The notes under the pieces: generated by a model
Told to the model about the DNA's origin: nothing
The model's database searches: none
Seen by the model: only the letters and a program-made list of their open reading frames with translations
In this document: positions 51,847-61,187 of the stretch, piece by piece
Position numbering within the stretch: the stretch's first letter is position 1
How the letters are laid out: the number at the start of each line of letters is the position of its first letter
Source of the DNA: Carpediemonas membranifera BICM
Lineage: Eukaryota; Protista; Fornicata
Direction: 5' to 3'
Length of the DNA stretch: 64,000 nucleotides
NCBI GenBank assembly: GCA_019828565.1
Contig: JAHDYR010000007.1
Location: forward strand, 605,333 to 669,332
Position numbers and translations under genes: made by a program

Positions 51847-52719
51847 TCACATGTCCTCCTCGTCGTCCTCCTCCTTGACGTCCATGTCCTCGACGTTCTC
51901 CTCGACCTCCTCCTCTTCGTCCTCCTCATCATCCTCATCGTCGTCAATCTTAGGCGCGAGATAGTATGTGATGAAGCCGAGGCCCTCAATATCGTAGCTC
52001 ACGGAGAGGGGCACGGCGTTCGAGAGGGACAGGCGCACCCGGTTCGAGAGCGTCGTCGCCTTGGTGAACGTCTGCAAGTACCGGAGGGCAAACGACAGCG
52101 AAACGTCGTTCTTGCGGTTGATCTTGACACCCTCGTCGAGCCCGTCGTCCTCGTCGCCCGAGGAGGAGGACCGTAGCGAGATCGACCCGGAGGCCTGCTC
52201 GCCGTTCACGCTGAACTTCACGCAGGACGGCTCGGCCTCAATGGTAACGGCGTCGCCGAACTGTGCGAGGTAGCGCATCTTGTTCTGGAAGGAGGCGGAG
52301 TCCATAGAGACGGTGACCTCGTACTCAGTCTCGGGCACGCCAAGGGACTCGGCGTCGATGTCCATCTCCTTCATCTCGAAGGAGACGACGTCCTTGCCGT
52401 CCTTGGACTCGAGGATGAGGGTGAGGAAGTCGTCCTCGTCCTTCTTCCGGATGGTGACGCTGTCGTCGTTGCGAGCACCTTTGAGAATCTTGGACATTGT
52501 TACAAAGTTGATGCCAACCACTGTGGAGGCATCGCATCTAAAGTGCTGGAAACCATCGTCACAAAGAACGAGATGGAGCAACGCTACGCATGAACTGTCC
52601 ATGCTGTGAATTGTGATGCCCGTAGGGGAGAAAGAGACATTCGCTTGGTTCACAAGTTCTTTCACAGCATCAAGAATGCGCTTAAGAACGCCAGCTTCTT
52701 CAAGGAGAGCTTCAAACAT
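51847..52719 (-). CDS. PCNA: Proliferating cell nuclear antigen with long acidic tail
   Basis: MFEA..., SMDSS, FRCD, MSKILK, FALRYL..FTKATTLS, YYLAPKI; colinear with eukaryotic PCNA. Confidence 0.96.
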   Translation of the reverse strand: MFEALLEEAGVLKRILDAVKELVNQANVSFSPTGITIHSMDSSCVALLHLVLCDDGFQHFRCDASTVVGINFVTMSKILKGARNDDSVTIRKKDEDDFLTLILESKDGKDVVSFEMKEMDIDAESLGVPETEYEVTVSMDSASFQNKMRYLAQFGDAVTIEAEPSCVKFSVNGEQASGSISLRSSSSGDEDDGLDEGVKINRKNDVSLSFALRYLQTFTKATTLSNRVRLSLSNAVPLSVSYDIEGLGFITYYLAPKIDDDEDDEEDEEEEVEENVEDMDVKEEDDEEDM

Positions 52720-52946
52720 GAGTTCTCTTTTTCGCGCACAATTTCGCCCGATCCTTAAAGTGCGAAATGACTTTGCCGAGTCAGGCGCAGATAAGAAGAA
52801 GTTTTCCTGCTGAGACTCCTCGCAATACGTGGTATGCATGATGCACGATTCGAAGTTTGGCACAGTCGATCATCCAACAATCATTCAACCCGCTGCTATC
52901 CCATGCATCCGGTCAACCGCAATAAGTTTATAACAAGGCCTGGACC

Positions 52947-55900
52947 CTAGTCCTCGGCCGTATATAGGCTATCCACACTCACCTCGTCCCTCTGGACCGC
53001 CGCCTTCACCGCCCGGATCTTCTCCCGCAAGTGCATGTCCGTCAGCTCCTTGCTGGCCTCCTCAAGCTGCTCCAAAAGCACCACAAGACGCCGCAACACA
53101 CGCACCACATTCCCCTCATACGAAAAGGGCGAACCGACATGGTCGCGATCCGGATTGGCGGCGAGACACGCGCTCAGGTCCTTGCCCTCGGCCCAGGCTC
53201 GGACGACGGGCACGCAGGTAAGGTGCACGGCGCGGTGTGCAAATTCTTCGCCCTCGGCCTCCAGTCCAGCACGTGACATGGCCCCGCCGATGGTTTGGGC
53301 AGTCGCTCTGACTGAATCAATTGACGCAATCAAAACCTGGTCCTTGGAGATTGGCTCGAGGCTACGCATGTCCGTCTCATCCACCATAGTCGCCAGCAGC
53401 GCCGCGGTCTGTCCAACGGTCAGCTCCCTCGTGGCGTTGGCCAGCATGACCTCCGTAACGAGAAGCTCGTTGGCGGTGTTAATGTTGCGGGCAAAGGCGC
53501 CCTTGTAAATCGGTGTGTACGTCTGATCGACGAACCCGAGCTCGCGGAGGACTTCCCGCATGCGTTCGACGGTGGACAGAAGGACGGTGGCGGTGCCTTG
53601 GTCCACGACGTGGCGGAGCTCGGTCATGCGGGTCTCCCGACGCCGGAGCTCTTCGTATCCGGCAAGCTCTTTCCGGACACGTGAGAGGCCGCGAGGGTCT
53701 TTTCCGGCATCGTTGACTGTGGTTGACCACATCTTACGAACCTCGGTAACAGCGGACCCCAGCGCCTTGAACCTCGCCTGGTACGCCTCCACCTCGGGCC
53801 CGCCCTTGACCGTGATAAATGGCGAATCAGACGCGCCGATCCAGCAAGACCCGTGGCGATCGAACGGGGGTAGCGGCTCGAACAGGTCGTCGAGCTTGGC
53901 CCCACGATGCCGGTCGAAGGCCTTCCGCTCCTCCTTGCTGAGGTGGACCTGCGCCACCGCCCGGGCGACTGTCTCGAACATTCCTGGCCAGTTGCTCTCG
54001 TCCGTCGCCTGATCGGCGGGTGGGACTGTGAAGACGAAGTTCGACACATGGGCAAGATCTTGGATACGGATCTTTTTCAATAAAAATCTGCTTCCAGATC
54101 CAGTGTATGGGCCAATACCGGCCTCGTCACAGCGGACGACGACGGCGAGGGTGCCGAGGCCGTCGTCTGAGACGACCAGACCCCAACCCCAATCCTCCGC
54201 CCCGACAACGGCAAACACACCGCGGCCGATGAGTATGGACTTCTGGGGCGACTGGGCGATTGTGTCGGATCGCTTGGTCTTGACCGCTCGCCGACCCCGC
54301 TTGGCCTTGCCTGCTGCCTTGGCGGCCTGGGCTTTCGCCAGTGCGGTCAAGGCGGGTGCCAGGGCACGCTGGGCCGCCTCTCTCGCCCGGACAGCCCCCT
54401 CGTACGCCGCGAACAGGGCCGTCGCTGACTCTGTCGCTCCATGCTTCAGCCTCATTGTCGGGGCATACAAGAGCGCGTTAAACTGCTCGGCCTTTGTCTG
54501 GGCGATATCTCGCGTCTGATACTGCAGGAAAGTCTTGTTCAAAAGCCCTTCGAGGCCGCTATCATCAGTTGATGTCATCATCTTGAGTAGCGTCGAGTAA
54601 GTCATGTGGAACGACGAATCAAGGTTATCCGCCGCTCCGGCAATCATTGCGCGGCACTCTGACTCAGAAATAGATTCAGAGATCATCGTAATGACTCTTC
54701 CAAAGTCGTCAACGTTCCTCCGACCCGCCCGGCCGGCCATCTGGATGTACTCGCCGCTGGACAGGAGGCGCGTCTTCACACCGTCCCACTTGGTGACCTT
54801 GGTGAATATCACGGTCCTGGCCGGCATATTGAGGCCCATGCCGAACGTCTCGGTCGCAAAGAGCACTTTAAGGAGGCCCATGCCGAAGAGCATCTCCGTC
54901 AGCTCCTTCATCGTGGGGAGCAGCCCGCTGTGGTGCACGCCGATGCCTGCCTCGAACACGGGGAGTGCCTCCTTGATTGTCTCCATATCCCGTGTAGATG
55001 CGGGTAGACGGTCAATGGCGCTGGAGTAGATTCGCCGAATCATGTGCCGCGTGCCCTCTGTCACACCGATCGCGCTCGCCTGGGCCTTGCCGGGCGAGTT
55101 CTTGAGCGCACGGGCAAGCGCCCTCGCGTTCTTCTCCACCTCGCGCTTGCTGAACGCGAACACGATGATGGGCAGGCCAGTCTTGTCCTTCTCAGCCTCC
55201 CCGCGGTCTGCCGAGAGATGCTGAATGATCTGCCGCAGCTTATCCATGTCCGTCCCCTTATTGCCGCTAAAACTGCTCAACTCAACTGGAGTCACTGCCG
55301 AGTCATGACTCGACTTAACTCCGTGAGTTCTAGCGATGTAGTCCATTGCTGTCTGGAACCCGGCCTCGTGGAACCCGGAGCTGTCCTGAATGCACTTGAG
55401 CTCTGACACGGCCGTGCCGGACTCTCCGGCACTCCGGATGGGGATATACGTGACGAGTGGAGTGGGCCTGTATTCCGTGTAAATCACGTGGCAGGGGAAG
55501 AGCTGGATCGGGCGTGCGTGGCCCATCAACGCTGGCCGATCGTGCAAGCTCGCGATCCAACCCGCGAACTGGGCCGCGTTGGGGATGGTAGCCGACAGGA
55601 ACACGCACCGTGTCTCCTGCGGCAGGTGTATCATGGTCTCCTCCCACACCACGCCCCGCTCGGCGTCCCGCATGTAGTGCACCTCGTCGAACACCACCCA
55701 CGCCATGCTGCCGACGATGTCGTCGCCCCTGTAGAGGAGGTCGCGGAGGATCTCGGTGGTCATCACCACAACCGGTGCGTTCGGTGCAATGGACGTGTCT
55801 CCAGTCCGGAGGCCGACGTTGCCCGCCCCGAACTCGTCGGCAAGGTCCTTATACTTCTGGTTGGACAGCGCCTTGATAGGTGACGTGTACACTATGCGCT

Positions 55901-56366
55901 GGTTGTTCCTCAGGGCCTGGGCAATCGCGTACTCGGCCACCACGGTCTTACCCGCGCTGGTGTGGGCCGAGACGAGCACAGACTCGTTACGGGAGACCGC
56001 ACTGATTGCCTGGACCTGGAAGGGGTCAAGCTCGAAGGGGAACTCCTTGGCCATGTCTGTGGGCCGGGGGAGCGTGAAGACGGCATCGTCCTCGGGGAGC
56101 TGCTCGACAAGCGAACGCATGGAGGAGGGGAAGGCGACTTGATGCTTGCATACCTTGCGTTCATCGGTAATCTCGTAGCCTCGGGAGTCGTAGTACTTGT
56201 CCTGCTGCACATCGCGGATTACTGGCTGGTTCAGCTCGATTCTAAGTGAATCCTTTGAGGAATGTGCTCCGGCTCCAGTATCCGAGTTCGATCTCTTCTC
56301 CTCTACTGAAACATCGGTAGGTGCTTTCCGTAGGACCGGCCCAAGGACGTCTAGGAGGTCGTCCAT
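52947..56366 (-). CDS. MTR4: Ski2-like RNA helicase MTR4
   Basis: FPFELDPFQ, SAHTSAGKT, SPIKALSNQKY, DEVH, LSATIPNA, QMAGRAGRR, C-terminal SLY. CKHQVAFP and PCHVIYTEYRPTPL favour Mtr4 over Ski2. Confidence 0.9.
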   Translation of the reverse strand: MDDLLDVLGPVLRKAPTDVSVEEKRSNSDTGAGAHSSKDSLRIELNQPVIRDVQQDKYYDSRGYEITDERKVCKHQVAFPSSMRSLVEQLPEDDAVFTLPRPTDMAKEFPFELDPFQVQAISAVSRNESVLVSAHTSAGKTVVAEYAIAQALRNNQRIVYTSPIKALSNQKYKDLADEFGAGNVGLRTGDTSIAPNAPVVVMTTEILRDLLYRGDDIVGSMAWVVFDEVHYMRDAERGVVWEETMIHLPQETRCVFLSATIPNAAQFAGWIASLHDRPALMGHARPIQLFPCHVIYTEYRPTPLVTYIPIRSAGESGTAVSELKCIQDSSGFHEAGFQTAMDYIARTHGVKSSHDSAVTPVELSSFSGNKGTDMDKLRQIIQHLSADRGEAEKDKTGLPIIVFAFSKREVEKNARALARALKNSPGKAQASAIGVTEGTRHMIRRIYSSAIDRLPASTRDMETIKEALPVFEAGIGVHHSGLLPTMKELTEMLFGMGLLKVLFATETFGMGLNMPARTVIFTKVTKWDGVKTRLLSSGEYIQMAGRAGRRNVDDFGRVITMISESISESECRAMIAGAADNLDSSFHMTYSTLLKMMTSTDDSGLEGLLNKTFLQYQTRDIAQTKAEQFNALLYAPTMRLKHGATESATALFAAYEGAVRAREAAQRALAPALTALAKAQAAKAAGKAKRGRRAVKTKRSDTIAQSPQKSILIGRGVFAVVGAEDWGWGLVVSDDGLGTLAVVVRCDEAGIGPYTGSGSRFLLKKIRIQDLAHVSNFVFTVPPADQATDESNWPGMFETVARAVAQVHLSKEERKAFDRHRGAKLDDLFEPLPPFDRHGSCWIGASDSPFITVKGGPEVEAYQARFKALGSAVTEVRKMWSTTVNDAGKDPRGLSRVRKELAGYEELRRRETRMTELRHVVDQGTATVLLSTVERMREVLRELGFVDQTYTPIYKGAFARNINTANELLVTEVMLANATRELTVGQTAALLATMVDETDMRSLEPISKDQVLIASIDSVRATAQTIGGAMSRAGLEAEGEEFAHRAVHLTCVPVVRAWAEGKDLSACLAANPDRDHVGSPFSYEGNVVRVLRRLVVLLEQLEEASKELTDMHLREKIRAVKAAVQRDEVSVDSLYTAED

Positions 56367-56552
56367 TGCGAGTCGGCATAAACTGCGTCGTACTAATTCA
56401 GCCCGAGCATGACCCCTATGACGCCCCGCAATGACGATACAGGGTGCTATAGAGTAGCTCCGCCCGCCATCAGCCAGTTCAGGCGATTTATGTGACATGT
56501 ATTTCGGACAAGACATCAAGAGCTGTTTCCCAGATCATCACTATTGAGCGCG

Positions 56553-57530
56553 ATGGAGATACTGAAATATGATCCTGGTCACCGTGACCTTGTTGTTTGT
56601 TCAACAAGCCGCCCCAAGGCTGCCTATCTCTCTCCTCTTACGCAGATCGATGTCCAATACAACTTTTATGGGACAAGGCTCGCTTCTACCAGCGCCGACG
56701 GCTCTCTAAGGATATTTGATGTAGAAGACGGCAAGGAGACGTTGTTAGAAGAGCTCCGGTCGCATGCTGGGCCCGTGTACACCGTGTCCTGGTCAAACCC
56801 CCGCTGCGGCAACTACATTGCCACGTGCGGTGTAGATAACGACCGTGGTCGCCTCGCCATCTACGAAGAGGTCTCCACGGACAGCTTCAACCTCGTCCAC
56901 CAGATGGACGTCGGGGCGCGGCTCACGACGGTGCAGTTCAGGCCGGACGACTTTACTACGGAGCCCCGCACTGTCATCGCGTGCGCCGGTGAAGAGTCTA
57001 ACGGCATTGGAGTGTTGTACTTCGTTGAGAAGACTCGGACTGGCTGGAACACGACCATGCTGACAAACCTGAAGACGGGTCCAGCCACCGCCCTCTCATG
57101 GGCCCCGCCCGGCATTTCATTCACTGGAGAAAGCAACGGAATCGCGAGTGTCGCGCTGACTGGTGCGAACGGTGTTGTGCAGATTATGTCAAACAACGGG
57201 AGGGAATGGACTGAGGCGGACGTGCTCCCCATGCCCCGCCGCACTGCTGGGCGGGACGTATCATGGGCTCCCAACATTGGCGTCACCGTGACCCAGATCG
57301 CCGCGGCAGACGGCGAGGGCGTCCGCGTGTTCAGCAGAGACCAGAGTTCATTTGAGGGCTGGACCCACACTGAGCTCCCCCTCCCCGCGGGCGCTGGGGA
57401 GGTGTGGTCACTCTCGTGGAATCAGACGGGGACGGTCCTGGCCGTGGCACACGGGGCGAACCGGGTAACCGCGATGGCCATGAACGTGTCCGACGGGCAG
57501 TGGGTCGAGGTGTCGAGCTTCGAGGGATGA
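56553..57530 (+). CDS. SEC13: SEC13 WD40 protein (COPII/nuclear pore)
   Basis: GHRDLV|IDVQYNFYGTRLAS, LRSHAGPVYTVSW, RDVSWAPNIG, DGQW; probable in-frame intron 56595-56645. Seh1 is less likely. Confidence 0.8.
   Translation: MEILKYDPGHRDLVVCSTSRPKAAYLSPLTQIDVQYNFYGTRLASTSADGSLRIFDVEDGKETLLEELRSHAGPVYTVSWSNPRCGNYIATCGVDNDRGRLAIYEEVSTDSFNLVHQMDVGARLTTVQFRPDDFTTEPRTVIACAGEESNGIGVLYFVEKTRTGWNTTMLTNLKTGPATALSWAPPGISFTGESNGIASVALTGANGVVQIMSNNGREWTEADVLPMPRRTAGRDVSWAPNIGVTVTQIAAADGEGVRVFSRDQSSFEGWTHTELPLPAGAGEVWSLSWNQTGTVLAVAHGANRVTAMAMNVSDGQWVEVSSFEG
56595..56645 (+). other. Probable 51-nt in-frame, stop-free intron in SEC13
   Basis: GTTTGT...CTTACGCAG, the same end motifs as the two 34-nt introns; removal restores canonical Sec13 spacing. 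Confidence 0.75.
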
Positions 57531-57601
57531 TAAAGGAGACGACGAGGGAGGACTGACTCGAGAATTTTGACTGCGCGGGAGAGGTTCGAAGAGAGCAAAT
57601 C

Positions 57602-58363
57602 ATGGATCGCAGCATGCTAGGAAGCTCCTCGAGCAAGCTTAGGATACGGCAGCTCAGCGACAAGCTCGGTTCGCTTCAAGCTGGCCTTGAAGACGAGAAG
57701 ATTGCCCGTCGCGACGCCGTTGAGACGAAGCTCCATGCTCTTGATGAGAAGCTCACCAAGACAGCTATAGCTGAAGAAAGCAAGATGAAAGTCCTCAAGG
57801 ATCAGCTCGCGAAGCTCCAGCAGACGCTCCAGGAGGAACGCCAATCAAGAGACATCTTTAGTGAACGGAAAGCCAAAGAGCTGAGCCTCGTCGAGTCATC
57901 TATCACTCTCGACATGAACGTAGAACGCCAGGCCCGCAAGGATAGCGAGGCTAAGATCCTGAAGGCCATCGATGAGCGCGCCTACGCCCATCGCCTCGAG
58001 CTCTCCAAGGACCGCAAGGGGCGGGAGGAGCAAGAGGAGAAGCTCAACAAGCAGCTTGCGCAGGACATTATGCAGCTCTCCGACAGTCTTGATACTGAGC
58101 GGGAGGACCGGGAAGAGAAGTACCACGCCATGATTGGGCGCCTGCAGAGTGAGATCCAGACCGTCACGGAAGCCATCCAGGCCGAGAGGAAGGTCAGAGA
58201 GGAGTCGGAGCAGACCATGTTCAAGATGCTGGAGGACGTGGCGACCCGTATCCAGGCCGATATTGCCAAGGAGAAGGCCGACCGGGAGCAGACTGAGGAG
58301 ACGCTGCTCCAGCTGCTCGAGCGGACATGCCAGAGTGTGGAGGTGTCGCTGAGAGGAGATTAG
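57602..58363 (+). CDS. SF-assemblin / beta-giardin family coiled-coil protein
   Basis: All-helical ~250 aa with periodic E(R/K)xxRE motifs and a LLERTC C-terminus. Confidence 0.8.
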   Translation: MDRSMLGSSSSKLRIRQLSDKLGSLQAGLEDEKIARRDAVETKLHALDEKLTKTAIAEESKMKVLKDQLAKLQQTLQEERQSRDIFSERKAKELSLVESSITLDMNVERQARKDSEAKILKAIDERAYAHRLELSKDRKGREEQEEKLNKQLAQDIMQLSDSLDTEREDREEKYHAMIGRLQSEIQTVTEAIQAERKVREESEQTMFKMLEDVATRIQADIAKEKADREQTEETLLQLLERTCQSVEVSLRGD

Positions 58364-58530
58364 GGCTTAGAGGTATAAACTTTACATTACGGTGCATCCC
58401 TGTGTCATGTGTTGTTACCGGGATGCAGTTGTCATGAGTCCCACCAAATCAATGTTAGTAGCGCTTGTGCATCCAAATAGACGCTAACAATACAACGCCA
58501 CTCATACGAGGTCGGCCAAGAATTTATCTC

Positions 58531-58941
58531 TTAGACACGGAGGATGCGGCCCTTGATCTCGTCCATGGTGATGTCCGAGAGATCGTTGCCCTGAACCTCA
58601 GTCATGATGCCAGCGAACTGTCTTCTAAGGGACTCCTTGGAGGAGGCATAAACCATCTTGGAGCGGATGGGGGCGCCGTCGGGAGACCAGAAGATGAACA
58701 CGATGCGGGACTTGGCGCAGCCGTCGTCCTCGTAATCAACGTCCAGAATGCCGTAGCGGGCGTCCTTCTCGGGGAACTTGGAGACGAATTCCTCGAAATC
58801 AGCGTCGGGCTCGCCAACAGCGTCGGGGATGATTTCAGTGAGGTCCTCGTTGACACGGAAGGTGGCGTACTTGTACTTCCGGGACATCTTCATCTCCTCG
58901 TAGATCTTCACACAGGCTTCGCCAACAGAAACACCGCTCAT
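58531..58941 (-). CDS. Cofilin / actin-depolymerizing factor
   Basis: MSGVSV, RYGILD, FIFWSPDGAPIRSKMVYASSKESL. Confidence 0.96.
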   Translation of the reverse strand: MSGVSVGEACVKIYEEMKMSRKYKYATFRVNEDLTEIIPDAVGEPDADFEEFVSKFPEKDARYGILDVDYEDDGCAKSRIVFIFWSPDGAPIRSKMVYASSKESLRRQFAGIMTEVQGNDLSDITMDEIKGRILRV

Positions 58942-59022
58942 CTTGCTTGTTTGTATGTTGTCTGTATATTTTACGTTGATACATGAGCGCCTTTAACATT
59001 TGCTCGACGCTTCACCTGGCCG

Positions 59023-59724
59023 ATGTCGGAAGAGATTGATCCGTTCGAAGCTGCAATTGACGACCTGATCGTTCAGGATAAGGCTGAAAGGGCCAAAATC
59101 GAAGAGCTGAAATCGAAGACGCCCGAGAAGCCCGAGGAATCAAAGAAGGCCGAAGAAACGGACAAGAAGGCTGCGGATCCTGCCGATGAAGATGCAATGG
59201 CCGCGTTGAAACAGATGCTAGGCAACGGTCGTTCTGACGTCAGCGACGAGCGCCTCGCCGGCCTTGACAGAATGATGCAAGATTTCCAACAAGGTATGGC
59301 CCTCTTCGAGACCCTACCCGAGGGTGAACGCAACGCGCTCGAGCAGGATTTCGAGGAGTCAATGCGCGCCAACATGGAGCAGATGATGCAAGGCCCCGAA
59401 ATGGAAGAGTTCATGTCCTCCATGGCCAACCAGATGTTCAGCGCCGAATCAATCGTGCCCTGGATGAGCAAGGTCGCCCCAAGGTTCAAGAAGCACCTGG
59501 AGAAGAAGGGAGGCTCGTATAAGCCCGAGGAGCTGACATCATACAAGGCCCAGTTAGGGTGCATGGAGCGCATCCTCAAGCACTACGAGACCGCGCCGTC
59601 TGATGTTGACACTGCCTTTAAGCTGCTCGAGGAGTTGAACACGTTGGGTGATATGCCGGAGGATTTCCAGGACGAGATTGCCGATATTCTCGGTGAAATG
59701 GGCATGGACGGCATGGGCATGTGA
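59023..59724 (+). CDS. PEX19: Peroxin Pex19 homolog
   Basis: N-terminal FEAAIDDL (Pex3-binding-like); MANQMFSAESIVPWM...ELTSYKAQ...MERI...LLEELNTLGDMPEDF matches the Pex19 C-terminal helical domain. Confidence 0.78.
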   Translation: MSEEIDPFEAAIDDLIVQDKAERAKIEELKSKTPEKPEESKKAEETDKKAADPADEDAMAALKQMLGNGRSDVSDERLAGLDRMMQDFQQGMALFETLPEGERNALEQDFEESMRANMEQMMQGPEMEEFMSSMANQMFSAESIVPWMSKVAPRFKKHLEKKGGSYKPEELTSYKAQLGCMERILKHYETAPSDVDTAFKLLEELNTLGDMPEDFQDEIADILGEMGMDGMGM

Positions 59725-60220
59725 GCATTCTAGAGTTTAAATGGACATAGCTGGGCAGAAAGTAGTCCCGATTCGTTCAGTGAGCTCAGGCGTGTATCTG
59801 GTCGTGTTGCCCCGAGGCGATCTTGAAAATCGACATATTCAATCGGTCAAGGACGGTCCGTCGCATCACGAGACAGAAGAAATGGGACAGGGACCTTCTA
59901 GTGCAGAAACGATGACCGAGAACGCTATCTATAAGGAGCCTGTTGAGAATTGTGTTGAGGATAATGTCGAGGAGGTCGTGAATGATGACGAGTAGTTTTT
60001 TCTTTCTGAAGCCATATTGAGCCATTAAAAGACACACCAGTGGTTAAGCGCGTGTATGGAGTAACCAGAACGGACCTTTCGTCGAATCACTTTCTGATCA
60101 GAAGACGCATGGAAGGTAGATGTCGTGGTGTGCACCCAATCCATCGTCGAACGCACGGCCACACTCTTGCCATTCCTTTACAACAAGTACTACTTTGTGC
60201 AACTGTAGCACCGCCGACAC

Positions 60221-60850
60221 TCACTGTCCAGGCGTGTCGGCACCATTATACACACGGAGCTCGGCTGGCCACATCCTCTCGTAGTCGGTGGGCGCAGTCG
60301 GATCCAGAAAGTCTGAGAGCAGCAGGTTAGACTCGTGCTCCAGCAAGGACGCGGGCGAGAATTCGGAAGCACTCCCCGCAGAGTCACGGATGGACTCATT
60401 GATCTCTCTTGGTAGCGGGGACTCGATACGATAGCCTGATGCACTCAACACGTCCTCTACGTATTGGATCGCTGCCCTGAGGTTGACGCCATAGTCCACC
60501 GGCTCGGGCTGCTCACGACGGGAAAGGGGAACTGTTACTAGCGAAGGAGTAGCGGTGATCGATCCAGACGTGCCAATCGTCGTAGTGACGGGCGTGTTCG
60601 GAATTTCTACAGGCTCCGCGACCGGCGATTTCGGCGCAGCCTTCCTACCGCCTCTTCCACGACCACGTCCGCGTCCTCGCCCTCTTCCAGTGCCTCTCCC
60701 ACCACGCTTTGTCGCCGGCTTGCCCGCTGTTGCCTTCATACGAGGAGTATATGGCTCTTCGTTCGTTGAAGGAGAGCTTGTCGCCGGACCAGGATCTATT
60801 CTGCCTCCACTGACTGAGCGCGTTGTTCTCCTCTGTCCACGGGCCCGCAT
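60221..60850 (-). CDS. Hypothetical protein with GR-repeat basic region
   Basis: 209-aa ORF with RGTGRGRGRGRGRGRGG. Confidence 0.55.
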   Translation of the reverse strand: MRARGQRRTTRSVSGGRIDPGPATSSPSTNEEPYTPRMKATAGKPATKRGGRGTGRGRGRGRGRGRGGRKAAPKSPVAEPVEIPNTPVTTTIGTSGSITATPSLVTVPLSRREQPEPVDYGVNLRAAIQYVEDVLSASGYRIESPLPREINESIRDSAGSASEFSPASLLEHESNLLLSDFLDPTAPTDYERMWPAELRVYNGADTPGQ

Positions 60851-61187
60851 TGCCCTGGCTCGTTACGGTATGTGTCGTGACAGTATTATGCCCGCCAGAT
60901 CTCGGCCAGATCGATGTGGCGGGACGATCGTTGACCATCTCAATTGGCACCCTCCAGGGGGTCTAGGCCCTCCCCAGAACTCACGCAGCGCCACTTCATT
61001 TTTGCGCTTTTTTTGGTGGGATGGTGATCTCATCCCACTTTCTCCGGAAATGAGTGCATCGACTAATTTGGGGTAAACGGTGCTGCTCAGGTGTTAGCCT
61101 TGGGGGCTTTCTGGGTCTATCAACATGCATCCTAATATGAGCTGACGGAATCGAATCTTGACCAAATTTTGGCGATTTTAAGGAGAT

